From Strigamia acuminata (Eukaryota): DNA of 64,000 nt. Numbering within the stretch: position 1 is the stretch's first letter; each line of letters opens with the position of its first letter. Made by a program: the position numbers and the translations under genes. Where the stretch lies: positions 26,102,001-26,166,000 of the forward strand of contig OX442314.1 of NCBI GenBank assembly GCA_949358305.1, in the 5' to 3' direction. The notes below the pieces were generated by a model. That model ran no database searches, was not told the origin of the DNA, and saw only the letters and a list, made by a program, of their open reading frames with translations. Below are positions 15,244 to 29,300 of this stretch, in pieces.

Positions 15244-15727
15244 CTGCAAAGAGAAAAAAAGAGAAAAAAATGAGTAAAATATGAAATTAAATTGATTAAA
15301 TTTGCGGATTTAAAAATTGATGGAACGCGCTGTTTTAAAAAAAAAGGAAAAAAAATAATTTTTTTTTTTATTTTTCAATTAAAAAAACGAAATCGATTTT
15401 TGAACTTGATTAATTGAAAACCAAAAAAAAAATCAATCAAATAAAAATTACAACTAATATCATTATTTTTAAATGGATTAATTTATTTACTTTTAATAAA
15501 TTAAACAAAAAAAAAATTGTCATTTTCATAAATGATTTTATTTTCGACGGAAATCCCCCAACCTCCCAACCGCAGCAGGTCAACCTTTTCCCGCATGAAA
15601 TCACAATCACCGTTGACCTCAAAAATCAAGAATTAAAAACTCGAATCTAAAAAAAAAAATACCCATCGTCATCAGTCTTCATAAATTCGAACTTAATCGA
15701 CTTAAAAAATCGATACACATCCAAATT

Positions 15728-15761
<34 letters not shown>

Positions 15762-16928
15762 AAAACTTCACCCAACCACAATCAATAATCATTCTTCCAT
15801 CACCTTCAAGCTTAAACCCCGAGCGAGCCGTTTACACCAAGACTTAAAACTTCTTAGATCACAAGATTACTTCATGTCACTGCTGTAAACCTTACAGGCC
15901 ATTGTGTACACATCACGTACAGTCCACAGCCAACAGAATGCCAATATAGGGGCCTAATAAATGTCGCTTGAGCGCGCTACTGTCTACACAATTTCCATTT
16001 GTTTACAGCGCGCTCACACGACAGTCATTGGCCCTAAATCCGCAATCTCCAGAAACTAGGACTAACATGTCTTAAAGGGCTTAAATTTTAAATAATTTAA
16101 ATCCCACCGAACATTTTTTACGCAACCACGTCCGTCTATACTGTATAGTCTGCACTCCATTTAATATACAAATTTTGTTTCCATATTCAAAGTGCATCCG
16201 AGTGAGGAGTTCAACTGAGCAAATCGAGAGAAAAGATCAAAGAACCATAATCTCGGCTTTTATCTGAATCACAAAAAAGGCTCGTTTCAAAAGTTAAAAA
16301 TTTGATCTGGCTCGTTTCTTTGATGTTTCCTCGATTCATAAGCCGGTACAAAACGAAAACAGAGTATTCAGTGGCACTTTTTGCCTGAGGAAAGGACACA
16401 TGCAAACCTTAACAGTTTGCTATCAGGCCAATATTCAGCTAATACAGGGTGGCCCAAATAAAACCAGCTCGACAATACAAGGAGGGCTACTACTGTCGGG
16501 CCAGTTTTATTTTGGTCACCCAGTACATATATATATATACTGTATTTTGCCGATTAAGAGTCGTCCTCAAATTGTAGCCGTGGCTGAGACACCAAAAATA
16601 ACGTATTTTTGCAAAAGTACAGTATTGTTTCTGTATTTAACCTCACGTACGATGAACGTAGGCTTCGTTTGTTACATTAAACAAACGTAACAACGAAAAA
16701 CCGAAATTGTAATTGCTGACAAAAATGGCAGTTTTGAATTAGAGCCGCGGCTTAATCATCCCTAGCATGTTGTTTGTTTGTAATGACCACCCACTGGTCA
16801 TCCCCTCAACCCTTTTCCTCACTTCCTGTCCATCATTGAATAAAGTTAGTCACAGCACACGTTGCTCTGCAACTCTACTATAGCAATATCCATCATCTCA
16901 ATCCTTCACATCAACCATCAATATGTAC

Positions 16929-17238
16929 CAGGGGTGTCTAACCCGTGTCCCGCGGGCTGCATGCGACCCAGGATGGCCATAGATGCGGCCCAGCACACTA
17001 CTTAAAAATATTTTTTTCTTCAGATTTTTGTGTATAGAGACCGAACAGCATTACAATTGTTATTATGCAAGAACCTTTTGCTTATATGTGGTGGTGTGTT
17101 ATCAAGAAAATTGTCAATTGGCCTTTTTTTGCTCATTAGCTATTGTTAGTTGTTGTGGCGTTGTATCTAATGTGCAACCCAAGACAATTCCTCTTCTTCC
17201 AATGTGGCCCGGGGAAGCCGCGATGCTGGACACCCCTG
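16929..17238 (-). mobile_element. hAT-Charlie non-autonomous element (MER30-like)
   Basis: TIR CAGGGGTGTC; degenerate 8-bp TSD atatgtac/gtatatac; subterminal sequence resembles the recalled MER30 consensus. Confidence 0.8.
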
Positions 17239-19818
17239 GTATATACAGAGCCATCTTATCTTTAAGACCAACTAGACCTAGTGCCTAGGAACGTGTGCTG
17301 GACTCAGGATGTTATGTTAGCAAAGATTCAGGAGGCGTTCATTTTACTTTCAAGATAATCCATGCACGCTAATGATCAAATTTGCATAAAAATCAGTAAA
17401 AAATTCAGACATACGCCTCTAGAAATCAAAATGCCTAGGGTCTACAAACGTCTTAAAGTGGCCCTGTGTACACACAAAGGATTGGTTCATTTCATCAAAG
17501 CATTATTTACACAAATGTTAAACTCATATAAATAAAAATTACCAATAAATAAGATTATTAAACCTAAATGAGTATAAACTCTGTTATCAAAACTCAATTT
17601 TTATTGAATCAATGACTTCTGCTGGTTACGACCATGTCACGACTGAATTGTTGGTTTCAGAAAAGTTTTATTGCAGCAAAACCATGGAAATATTATCACT
17701 TAAGCTCTATCCTTCCAGAGCATTCTCTAATTCTCACTGGTCAGTGGACAAAATACTACCGGCTTCGTCGCGCATCAGAAGAAAGTCACATTGAAGAGCT
17801 CCAACTAACAATTACTTGTCCATTGCTAGATCACAATGTTCATTTCTTGTAGCGTGTAATGATTGGCTGAGATGATCACCTGATCATTTCCTTTGTATCA
17901 AAACACAGGCAAAGCAGTCAGTCAATCAGAATAAATTCTCTGAGCGGTTAGAGTTTACAATAATACAAATAGTTTGCAGCAATTTGGTGATGCCTAATCA
18001 GTACTTGAATGGATGACCTGATGGAACTCTCGATCGTTTCTCCCATATGAAAAAATATTATAGGGTATTCTTATAGTAATATCCCACACATCGACCTTAT
18101 TGCATATCCTCCCGGGTGGTCATGATCAGACCATGCTAAACATCAGAAATACAAATACAGGAAGACGCGTTTACTTGAGCGTTGGGGTTAAAATGCCATG
18201 GCAATAAATACTAAACATCTCATATGTACTGTATAGTAAACACCAGAGGTCTAACAATTTTCAACTTTCGCTAGTGACTTCAGTTTATTACGAGAACACT
18301 TAAATTCTTCAAATAAAACAGCTGTGTTCCACTGTATTTGGTTTTTATTCACTTGTTTACCGATATTATGCATCTAGCGACAAATTTGTTGTCGCAAAAT
18401 GGTTTTATCATAAAAGCTAATTTCTCCCCCCCGCATACGTGCACGCTAGAAATTCTTTTGTTCCGTAATAAATTAAAAGTTTTTAAAAAAAAGTATTAAT
18501 AAATTTTTCAATCAATTGCACTAAGTGGGAAGATTAAAGTGGTGTTCCACCCTGTAATTTAGTCACGTCATAAGCCACAAAAGTGAAGCCCAAGGGTGTC
18601 ATTGGGTGAAAAGGGCTCCTGTGGGCGGGAATGCGAGTCCATGATACAATGCATCAGTCGATAACGACCTGCTACCGCGGCTACTAAATCACATCAAGTC
18701 ATGACACAGTGAGCACACAATTCCCTTCAACACTTCCATTTTTTACATTTAAAAATAAAAAAATAAAAAATAAAAAATAAAAATATTGATTAAAATGGAA
18801 TAATACATACAAATTAAGGTTTTTATTGATTTTTTTCCCACCACCCATTTACTTTTTAAAATAATGAGCTGATTATTTTGGAATTTATTGCTCATTAGTC
18901 ATGAAATATGAGATGATTATCAACTACAAGCTGTAACTTGATGTATTAAAATTAAAAGTGCAAAAAAACACACAAAAAAAAACCATTGAAACTTTATCAG
19001 AAACAAAATCATGTTGTGTGTATTTTCAAATTCCAACTTACACTTGTTCTGAATTGCAATAAACATTTTAATTCTCTTCATGTGTGGCGTAATTCCACTT
19101 GACTTGACCATGATCCCTTGCATCACATTTCACAATTTCGATGCTACACTGCAAATGGGACTCATAAATTCATCAAAACCTCTTGGTGGGTAAAAGGATA
19201 TTAGTGGACAGAAATTTTTGGTCAATATCCAGAGTCTTCGCGACATTAGCTGTATGAACATTTAATGAGCTCTAGAGACTCAGGTGATGATAAAATTTTG
19301 TAAACAAGTAAATAATAGAATGCAATAAGTTAGTAATGAATTTAGCTGTAAGTTTCGTCAACAAGAATTACTGTTATTTTAATATTAATAATTTTCACCG
19401 GCCGCAGTCGAAAAGCCTCTTCGTCTGCTGTATCTTCTTTAAACCAGTCTAAATGCATGTTTTAGACAGCCATTTGATCGGGGGTAAAGGTCAAGCCCTC
19501 CCCCTGGTATTTTTTCTTTAAAGTACTAGTTTTTATTAATTAAATTGGACAAGCCTATAGTTAACAACATTTATTGCCTAGCTGTAATATAATTGTTTAG
19601 CTGCAATAGAAATGCTAGAATGTGTGTTTAGAATTTCAGTTTAACACTTTGTGTTGATTAAATGTTATGGCATGCCCATTTACATTATATTGTTGTCAAG
19701 ACAATGTAAATCTCTAGCTGCTCAAACCTACACAATTCCTTGTGGTGCAAATACACCACACAACTGAAAGCAGACTAATTCGACCGTCATTTTATAAGAT
19801 AGAACGGCATTAGATCAC

Positions 19819-19959
19819 TAGCTGCATTCAAAAACTAAAATATTTTGTGTTTTACTTCAATTTTAAACCAAAAATGACATCGTTTCCTGTTTAAATCCAT
19901 GTTAAAACTTAAAATACACTTAAACTAAAATTGTTATTTTTATTTTTGAATGCAGCTAG
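19819..19959. mobile_element. TA-GCTGCATTCAAAA MITE family; copies 30638-30727, 23437-24095 (split), 7715-7818, 2410-2480
   Basis: TAGCTGCATTCAAAAA..TTTTGAATGCAGCTA termini. Confidence 0.8.
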
Positions 19960-20981
19960 TGTTTTCTGGGGGTGCGAGGCCACTTCAGAAAAATGTTTAA
20001 TATATAAATTGTTCAGTGACACCAGTAAAAAAATAAATAAAAAAAATAATATTTTCCTTTGGTAAGGAGTATCTTATTTTATTGTAGTACATTGCTGCGT
20101 ATCTGTGAACTCCTGCAACTATCCGTCAACGGTCAACGTCTGCACATGTATGCAAGCAGAAAGTATCAGCGCAAGGTGCCAAAAGGTTATAATTTTTTAA
20201 ATGTCATCAGCTCATTGCATGACAAAGTGGTTTCACCACACAAGTATCATTTCAACTTTCTGCTTTATTTGTAATTTGTAAGCAAGGATTACAAGCACCA
20301 CAACTTGAAATACTATAAATTATTAAAATGCATTTAAATAAAGCAATGTTTACTCCCTCTCAAAGGCCAAGGGCAAACATAATTCCATATTTAGCATGCA
20401 AGGTGTTTATAAATATACACATTATTGGTTTTTTTTTTCAGGGTTAATGATACAGGAGGTACAAACTCTATTATTCTTTATATCACTTGCAACTCCCATT
20501 AAATGCAAAATAACAATAAATTAAATAAATAAAACTGGAAACCCAATAGCAATTCAACATTGCAAATGATCAATCTGACATTTCAAAAAGATTACATCTG
20601 CCATTAAACCATTTATGACTTATTACTTCGCGTGATTCATTTTCAATTCCCACATTTCCTAAACTCACCTTCCATTCCTCCATATTTTGCTGACACTCAC
20701 ATTCCCCATGACAACTGATCTAATCTCACTAACTATCACAAATGAATCCAAAATTCAGGAAAAAATCAAAGAAAATAAATAGACTAACTCGTGTGTGAAT
20801 CATGGGTCACACATCAAAGTCCCCTTGATACTCCTGCTATAACGTTTATATGACTAAATTGTTCGTAAATACTCAAACTGTTACTGTATGTGTATCTTCA
20901 GTCTGCGCCCAGTATCTTGATGCAATAATCAAACTAAAAAATTCCTGTCTGCGCACACACAAACCCAACAAATACATGATA

Positions 20982-21169
20982 CAGTCAAAACACTATATAA
21001 CGAATCGCAAGAGACCCGAAAAATCGATTCGTTATAACGAGTATTCGTTATATAAAATTTTTTTAACATGGTGTTCTATGGCCAGCCAACCAAACCGGCT
21101 ATTTTTAGGTATTTGTTATATCGTTCGATAATTCATTAAATCGCGATTCATTATAAAGAGTTTCGATTG
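20982..21169 (+). mobile_element. Tigger/pogo-like MITE family B; other copies ~277-710 (split), 9900-10181, 45253-45418, 50179-50328
   Basis: CAGTCGAAAC..TATAACGAATCGCAAG termini with TA flanks; shared ggtgttctatggccagccaacc core. Confidence 0.85.
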
Positions 21170-21369
21170 TATTTAGAAATAAATAACCATATTACGATAT
21201 TTCTTCGATTCTAAGACGCTTTTTTTTAGCAAATAAACATCTCTAAAATAGTGGTCTGTCTTAGAATCAAAGAAATACGGTATTCACCTGTGTGGAATAC
21301 GTAATTTTAGATTTGTGACTTCGTTTGAAAAAAAACATAATTTTGTGCTTAAGTTTGGTATCAGGATAC

Positions 21370-22010
21370 CAGGCACAAGCTGTAGACTAAGCCACCTGCA
21401 GAGTCGCAATATTTCTCATCATAATGTCGGTAAAAATTGCCCAGACCATGGCAGTCAACTGTTGCCAGATGATACACGTGTAGCATCTGGAATTTCAGGG
21501 TATACTTGTGTCTGCAGAGACCCTGGGTCAGTAATTTTGTCTAAATTCTGTTTTTTTTTTTTTTTAAAAAAAACAACTTGCGAAATAATAGCTGCCGAAG
21601 AGATTGCTTGATTGTTGCAGCCATCATTGTCATCTATTCTGGCATCTTGGATGCTATTTTCTAGGCTTTTGACAGTCGATTTGCTGGTATTGTACTGATT
21701 CTTCTTCCCATGGCCGATACCGATACTGTCACACTTCTTCCTGTTTGGAACGTATTTGTTGCATTTGTGTCTAGATCTCGTGTGAACAGAGCATAGTTTC
21801 TTTCCAAAAAAATTAAAAATATTAAATCTTTTTTTCTTTCTTTCTGTGTTTGTAATTTTCTCCGCAGAAAATGTTGGCACAGGGTATTAGTGTCGGTCAA
21901 TATTCACTTGACGATGATCAATATCCAAGATACCGGAAATTTTTCACATCGGTCAAAGTGAACAATCTTCTCACCTATGTGGTGAACCAAAATCTCCTCC
22001 TGTATTCTGG
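21370..22010 (-). pseudogene. Possible highly degraded non-LTR retrotransposon coding relic
   Basis: VKNFRYLG (RT domain-7-like) at ~21925-21948 and coding-like composition downstream, but with many stops and frameshifts. Confidence 0.3.
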
Positions 22011-23525
22011 TAATTTTTGCAAAATTTTTTTTTGGTGTTGTCGCGTTACTGCGTTGTTCAGCGTTGTTGCGAAATAATGCAATTCGGTATTTTTAGAATA
22101 ATGCGTTGTTTTGGCAACGCGCACAAGCCTAACCAAAAAAGTTTGAGAACCACTGGTGTAATGACTCCTATCTAAAATTTCTGGTTGGTAAAAACAAACA
22201 GCTCGGACTCTGGCGACTCACAGTTCTATATTCTTGCTCGAGTCAAAAGAGTCCATTCTCCTATTGGCCGAGCCATTTTACTGGTTTAGTGATCCAAAAA
22301 ATTAGACCCAAACACTAGAATTGCATTACAATGTACAGACATTGTAATCGATTACCTACTGTTAAGAAATTGTTTGCTTTCCTGACAAAGCAACCAATAA
22401 ACAGAACAAACATGAGTTTTAAATTAAAAAGTGCGTAAAACTTTATTTTATAAATGGAAAAAACATTTTATAATAAAAAACAATAAAAATTATATCAATT
22501 TAAATGGTCATAATAATCTTGTTTACACCACCACACAGTTGGATATTGATGGTGTTAATAATAGTGCAAGCATTTACAATAAGTTATATTTTACTGTTAC
22601 ATAACAATTGTTTTAAGCACTATGCTAACACAGCTTATCTCCACCTCCTTTTATCAGCAACCAGAGCAGAAAAGTCGACACACAACGAATCCTTACATCT
22701 TCCTTTTTTTATTTGTCCATTTTTTTCTTCTTCTTCTTCTTCTTCTTCAATTCGAGCTCATTTTTTTCCTCCTTTCTTTGCACATGTGAATAAAGTTAGC
22801 CGTAAAATATTAGCTTTATAAGACGAAAGAGGAAAGAGTGCAAAGATAAGCTTTATCTCCTCGCTATTTCAACACCACTTTTGTTTCGTCTCCAGACGTG
22901 TGTGGAATATTACAACATTTCACGCTGACAACTTTTCTCAATCGCATCGTTTCCACTCACACATAGAAATTAAATATAAAAATATATGTAATAATTTTTT
23001 TAGATTCATTTCTTCTTTTTTGACAGGGAATTAGTACCTGACACGCCTTAAGTTTCTAATTGGAACGATAAGAGAAATACGAGTGCAGCTGGGTAAATAC
23101 CTCCCTACTAATATCGACCATAGTTCATTACTTGCTTGCTCAACAGAGTGCAATCCAAGTAAATTTAATACAAATATTGTAACTTTGAAATTCGCATTTT
23201 CTGTATGCCAATTTTTTCTTTTTCATTTGGCTTTGGTTTTCGCTATTGACAAACCCTTATAGCGGTAGCGATAGCAAAAATAGATTATTTGAACAGAGCG
23301 GTAGCATTGCACACTACTTTGCATGCGTAGTGGATCCGACTCTGAAGCTATTTAATTTAACCCTTTCACTGTCAAACCCGTAAATACACGTTGTGTCTGA
23401 CACTGAGAGTCTGTGAATGTAAAAAATACCCGACAGTAGCGACATTCAAAAATTAAAATATTTTGTGTTTTACTTCAACTTTAAAACAAAAATGACATCA
23501 TTTCCTGTCCTATTTATTAAATTAA

Positions 23526-23959
23526 CCCTTCCAACCCTGAGATGGGTCATTTTGTGACCCTGTTTTAAAAAAATCATTATTTTTATAAGAAATAATTTTT
23601 TTTTCTCTCTGATTTTTGCTGACTATTCCTTTGAAACATCACTAGACACTATACCACAGTTGAAACTTTTTTAATTTTTTAAGTTTTTCTATAATTTGAA
23701 CTCAAAGTTTAACTGGGTCAAAAAAGACCCATCTTAGGAGTCCAAAGGACATAAATCATGATCATCAGCAGGCTCCGCTAATGTCAACCATTGCCACCAG
23801 GTGTCGCGGCGGCCATCTTTGTTGTTGTCAAAAACACACGTGTTGGCCAAATTCCTTCGGAAATCTTTAAGACCCGGATTTTGCGCATGCGCAGAATCTG
23901 GGTCATATAATGCCCATCTTAGGGAGAGATGGGAAGCCAATTCTTTCGGGTTGGAAGGG
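23526..23959. mobile_element. piggyBac-like MITE
   Basis: TTAA on both sides, TIR CCCTTCCAACCC. It interrupts a repeat whose uninterrupted form is at ~7715-7750. Confidence 0.88.
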
Positions 23960-25769
23960 TTAAACTATATTAATTATTTATTTATAATTATATAATGAAA
24001 TATACTTTTTATAATTATTATAATAAATCAAAATTTAAACTTAAAATACACTTAAAAATTCATTGCATTTCTATTTCTATCTTTGAACGCAGCTAGTGAA
24101 AGGTTTAAACTACCGTATATTATCGATTACTACTAAGCCTCTAATAGCCCGCGGACCTCGAATTGCGCGTGGGGCAAATTTTATTTTTGCCAATAACGCG
24201 CAGGCCTCGAATTGCGCGCGGGTTCACAATTGAAGGCCTGAAATGTGCCAAAAAAAGATGACAAATGACACGTTTTGCATACGTTTCGACAGAAAATTAC
24301 CGAAACGTATGGAAAACGTCTCAATTGTCACATTTTTTGGTGTTTTTCGTTGCCGATCCGTTCATTTATCCTTTAATAGCGCGCGGGTCAAAATATTTTT
24401 TACAAATTTACAAATATACGATAGTTTAAATGTAAATTTTAGACAGCCATTTGAACAACAATAAAGTTGTGTACAATCTGTTTCTGCCTACTTTTTTCGG
24501 CATTCATAAAGTCATTTAAACTTGTTCATATTTTTTTAAACCAGTGTTTTTAAAATTGTGTTTTTTTTAACTTGTTCCGTAGTTTAAACTTAGTTTTCTA
24601 AGTGGTCGGCTTCTTGTACGACAAACTGACAAACCATTTTTTAAACATGGAAAAGCATGTCCTTCTTTGAGGACCAGCTTGAGACATTCAACACCACTCT
24701 GTGACTTGTGCCATATCTACTTCGTGCTGTTTATTAAATATCAACACCACCACCACACCAGATGTCACAGTCAAGAGTAGCAATATACGCTCCCCATTGA
24801 AACCTCAACTTTCCTGCAATACCTTGGGAAGCAAATATAAATTAAGAACTCACTCAAATAACAACTGCTAACTCTTAAGTACCAACTCCTCATATTCTAG
24901 TTGGATGGAAAAACCTCAGACTCTTGTTAATTTTAGCTGTAGAAATGTGACAGCACGGCAGTACACTTAGAGATTAACTCGTTTATTATAAAGGTGAAAG
25001 TGAGTGGTCATTTCGTGACCCACTTTTCAACTTTTCTGCGAATTGCCAATACCGTTAGTACTTTTTGATGACTTCATTTTTTATAGGTTTATTTATTACG
25101 CTACAAATCTTCATTATAACAAAATTTGAGCCTTGCGGTTTGGGTTGACCATAGGTCACTTTTCATAACCTCGTGGTCGTGGATTTTGAATGCACCCTAT
25201 GTTTCAGATTGCAAATATCAATAGAATGCTAAATCAATTGAAGATTGCCACAAACGTCACACCATGTGCTAATTCATTCAGAGTTGCTCATGTATGTAGA
25301 ATACTTGTGAATTCAGTGGTCGACCACTGAGTAAATTATAGAGATTACGCCATTGTAGGCAGACAAAAGTTTGTACAATATTGATCTCAAAAAGGAATCT
25401 CGGTCAAAACAATTTTAGTAATGCGTTTCTTTATACAAATAAAAAAAAAAAAAAAAATGCTCAATCAATTTAGAATTTGCTTCTTCGTGTAAGAGTTAGC
25501 AAGACAATATAAACGACTCGATTCATTTCGTCTCCGATCTTTCGTCGCCTTAATATTTTTTGGACTTCAGAATAGTTAAACAATCCCCTGCTCAGTTTGC
25601 ACTCACCACACCTTAATTGGAATACTGTACGGTAGAACCTCGATTATCCGAACTAATTGTGTACATGGGTGTTCATAAAACCAAATTGTTCGGATAATCG
25701 AACATTAGATTTATACACATACTGTACTGCATATGAAAATAAAGTCATTGAAACATAGTTAGAAACCAT

Positions 25770-26045
25770 ATTAAAACCGACCAAAAATGGATAGAAATTG
25801 TCAAAAAACATTAAAAACCGATTAAAAATATGTGAAAATCGTCAAAAAACATTAAAAACCGATTAAAAATATGTGAAAATTGTCAAAAAACATTAAAAAC
25901 CGATTAAAAATATGTGAAAATTGTCAAAAAACATTAAAAACCGATTAAAAATATGTGAAAATCGTCAAAAAATATTAAAAACCGATTAAAAATATGTGAA
26001 AATCGTCAAAAAACATTAAAAATAAATTAAGAAACCGATAAAAAT
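25770..26045. repeat. 41-bp tandem repeat inside a family A MITE
   Basis: ATTAAAAACCGATTAAAAATATGTGAAAAT[CT]GTCAAAAAAC, about 6 units. Confidence 0.92.
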
Positions 26046-26161
26046 CGATAAAAAATCGCTTGATCGTTGTTCGGATAACCGAAGGTTCGTATAATCGGTG
26101 ACGAAATGATCCGCCACCGAGACAAGCAGTTCCAAAAGCTGTTTAAATATTGTTTATATTT

Positions 26162-26345
26162 TTAAAACTTCTATTTCATATGCGCATCACTTTAGTGTTT
26201 TATTAATAAAAATTAAATAACAATTAAAATACGCTAGTCTTTCCAAAGACCTTTCAGCTGTTCCCAGCCATCTTCAGTAGTTTGCAGCCGAAAAGTCTTT
26301 GGAAAAACTAGCGTATTTTAATTGTCATTTAATACTTTTTAATCT
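26162..26345. mobile_element. Penelope-like element terminal (pLTR) relic with inverted partial copy; related copies at 36675-36847 and 42253-42373
   Basis: Shared ttaaaacttctatttcatatgcg.atcactttagtgttttattaa...aatacgctagtctttcc plus the hammerhead motif. Inverted partial duplication in two of the three copies. Confidence 0.6.
26243..26280 (-). ncRNA. Minimal hammerhead ribozyme motif, second copy
   Basis: CUA-CUGAAGA-U-GGCUG-GGAA-CAGCU-GAAA-GGUC-UU-UGG. Confidence 0.62.
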
Positions 26346-29300
26346 TTAAATATTTCTAAAAACAGAATACAATTTTGTTTAGTCTAAATTACTTTCTAAA
26401 TGCACCCACTCTTCTATTTCGCTATATCACAATATCTCAACCACATCAAGAGTAAAACAGGCGTAAAAGACCACTGAAGTTTTAGAGCGAGATAAAAAAA
26501 AAAGAGCCTGAGCCATGAGGTTCCCTCATCCTGTAAAATTCAACTACCACAGGCACGTGCAAGGTCTGGCATCTTTAAGAGATCTATCAAGAAATCCAAT
26601 ATTAACTTCTAAAAATTAAATTAAAAAATTTCAAAAACGGGAAGAAAAAAAATAATAATGATCAAATAAAGAGGGAGTTGGCGAGCAAGAGAACGCTGTA
26701 ATCACGTGTTTAATGAATTCCTACAACCTCTGGCCTAATTCTGTTAATTGTATCGTTAGAAAATTGATTTCTCTCTCTTCTCTTATTGCAATTTATCAAA
26801 TTCCTTCAAAACACAATTAACCTCTCCCCACCCCCCCCCCCCCCCCTGACTGCGCTTCGATCAAAATGTTTAACCGGTCTGCTTATAAAAATGTGCAGAA
26901 AATGTCTTGCAGAAGAATTCTGGCACTACACCACAATCCAAAGTTACGTTTTACTTTGAACGTATAGGGGGCGCATTCAAAAAGTCATTTAGACTAAACT
27001 TCATTTTAAACGGCTTCTCTCGATCTAACTTCAAAAATGGTGGCCAATTTAGTATCTTTACAACAAAAATGTTTAACAGCAAGTTAAATACCGTATTTTA
27101 CCGATTAAGAGTTGCCCTCGAATAGTAGCCGTAGCTGAGACACCAAGAATACCGTATTTTTGCAAAAGTACGGTATTGTTTCCGTATTTAAACTCACGAA
27201 CGATCAACATACGCTTCGTTCATGACGTCCAGACTTCATTTGTTACATTAAACAAAAGCAACAAACGAAAAACCGAAATTGTAATTGCTGACAAAAATGG
27301 CAGTTCTGAATAAGAGCCGCGGCTCTTAATCTATAAAATACGGTATGTATTCTTGAATGCCACCTATTGTTTTATTAAATTTAACAAAATAACCTTTTTA
27401 AATTTCAGACGCCTATTGTAATTGCATTCTTTACAAGTGTTTCCAAGTAATTAAGAACACTTTCAAACCATTTGTAGACCGTAATTACGAATGATTACAA
27501 GCGGCCAGGTCATTCCACTTGGTAGCAATAGCAACTTCGTAAACCATAATTTAGAAAACAAAACACCACACGCCTCCAAAAATACTAATTTACCCAAGAT
27601 ATGAAGCAAAATATTAATTGTATGAATAACAAATAAACGATGTTTCCTCGTGATTCCGACAAGAATTGGCGTCTCCTTTCTTGTTTATAGATTTGTCTTG
27701 ACTTCGAGCGTGCACATCAAATTAAGAAACCAAAATACCAATCCATCTTGCGTGCACTTACACTTTTCATACAGGTTGAACGCACCTTTCTTGTGTTTTG
27801 TCTATGTTTATTTTTATATTCGCATGAATTAAATACTGAGTCCTCTTTTATATTCTAACTCTGGTCTCTGTTGTTTCAAGCAAATCCCCTAGACATGCCA
27901 TGGATAAAAGTCTCTAGAGGCATTCACCTGCTTCCCATTGATAAGATCCAGTGACCTCACACTTGTGTTCAGAGCCATTTAGCACTTTTAACATTTTTCT
28001 TGCCAGATGTTATGATATTTTTGTTTTCAACTGCATTAATTGCGTACTTAAGCAATACTCTAGCTTTAAATCACCTTGCAATTCGTCCTGCACAACACTG
28101 AACCACAAATGTACTCACACAGCACTATAAAACTTGTCATCAATCTTTTGCATATCAGTCTCATAGCATGAACTGTGCCCCTTCAAGCTTAATATCACTT
28201 ATGCATTAACCTAGCAACCACGCAGAAAGTATTAGAAAAAAGAGCCAGCCATGTCTACATAATGGGAACACAACGATAAAAAACGTGAGCAAACGCAGCT
28301 GAACAAATATCCAATGCATGCACGCATGTCACAGAGTTCATTAAGTATGACGTCATCAAATTCATTTTTCAGATTAAGCAGATGGTATTAAATGGGGAGC
28401 CTCGTGATGTGCAATTAGGAGCTTGGCTTTCAAATACATTCCACACAGCAAACTTTGATGGCAGAATCCATCAAAATGCAGCAAATCAAGTGCAATCGAG
28501 TCAGGCTGCAGCCTTCAACACATAGACAAGTGGAACAAGACCCACTCTACACCCACTTTTCAAATAAACCAGTCACTTTTGATAGTCCCATTACCACTAG
28601 TTGACAAGAAACTCGACACGACACTGCAACATAAAGAAAGACAAAAAAAAGTGTCACTTTCAATAATAACTCAAACACTTGGCTTGGAGCTCACAATAAG
28701 TCATCATTTTCCTGGACCCCCAGCTCCATTTTGCATGGAAACTAAATTTACAACAGAAATCATCCAATAAGAAGAAATCTGCAAAATATAGCACAGCAAA
28801 CAACGCTGGGTTTCAAAACCACCTGCAACTTGATGTTTTTACCACCAGAACCCACAATAAGTATTTGCAAGCTTTCTAGGTTTAAAACCTTGGCAATGAT
28901 TTACATCAATGAGAAAGATTTTAAAGCTGGAAACAAATTCCAAAAGTATTTCAAGCCATGGGCATTTTTCAACCACTTGTCAAGCATATGGCACAGAAAT
29001 GAAAAAGGCAGTGATGGTTGATATTAAACCAGAAATAAACGGATGATCACACAGAAAAATGAAGTCACTTCATTTCGTCGCTGTTCATTTCGTCGCCGCT
29101 GTTTTTAGACTGAGTCCGCCTCACGTCACAGTCGTTCACAGTCTTGTATTCCTAAGAATGCCTAACAAGGGGGCTAGCGCCCCCCATTGATTAATGCGCA
29201 AGTTTAACAAAGGGTTAAAAACGTCTTATGACGTCACTTTTGTTAGAAAACTGATTCTTTGTAAACGCATGCAGTTTTCCACAAAAGTAATATTCGCATT

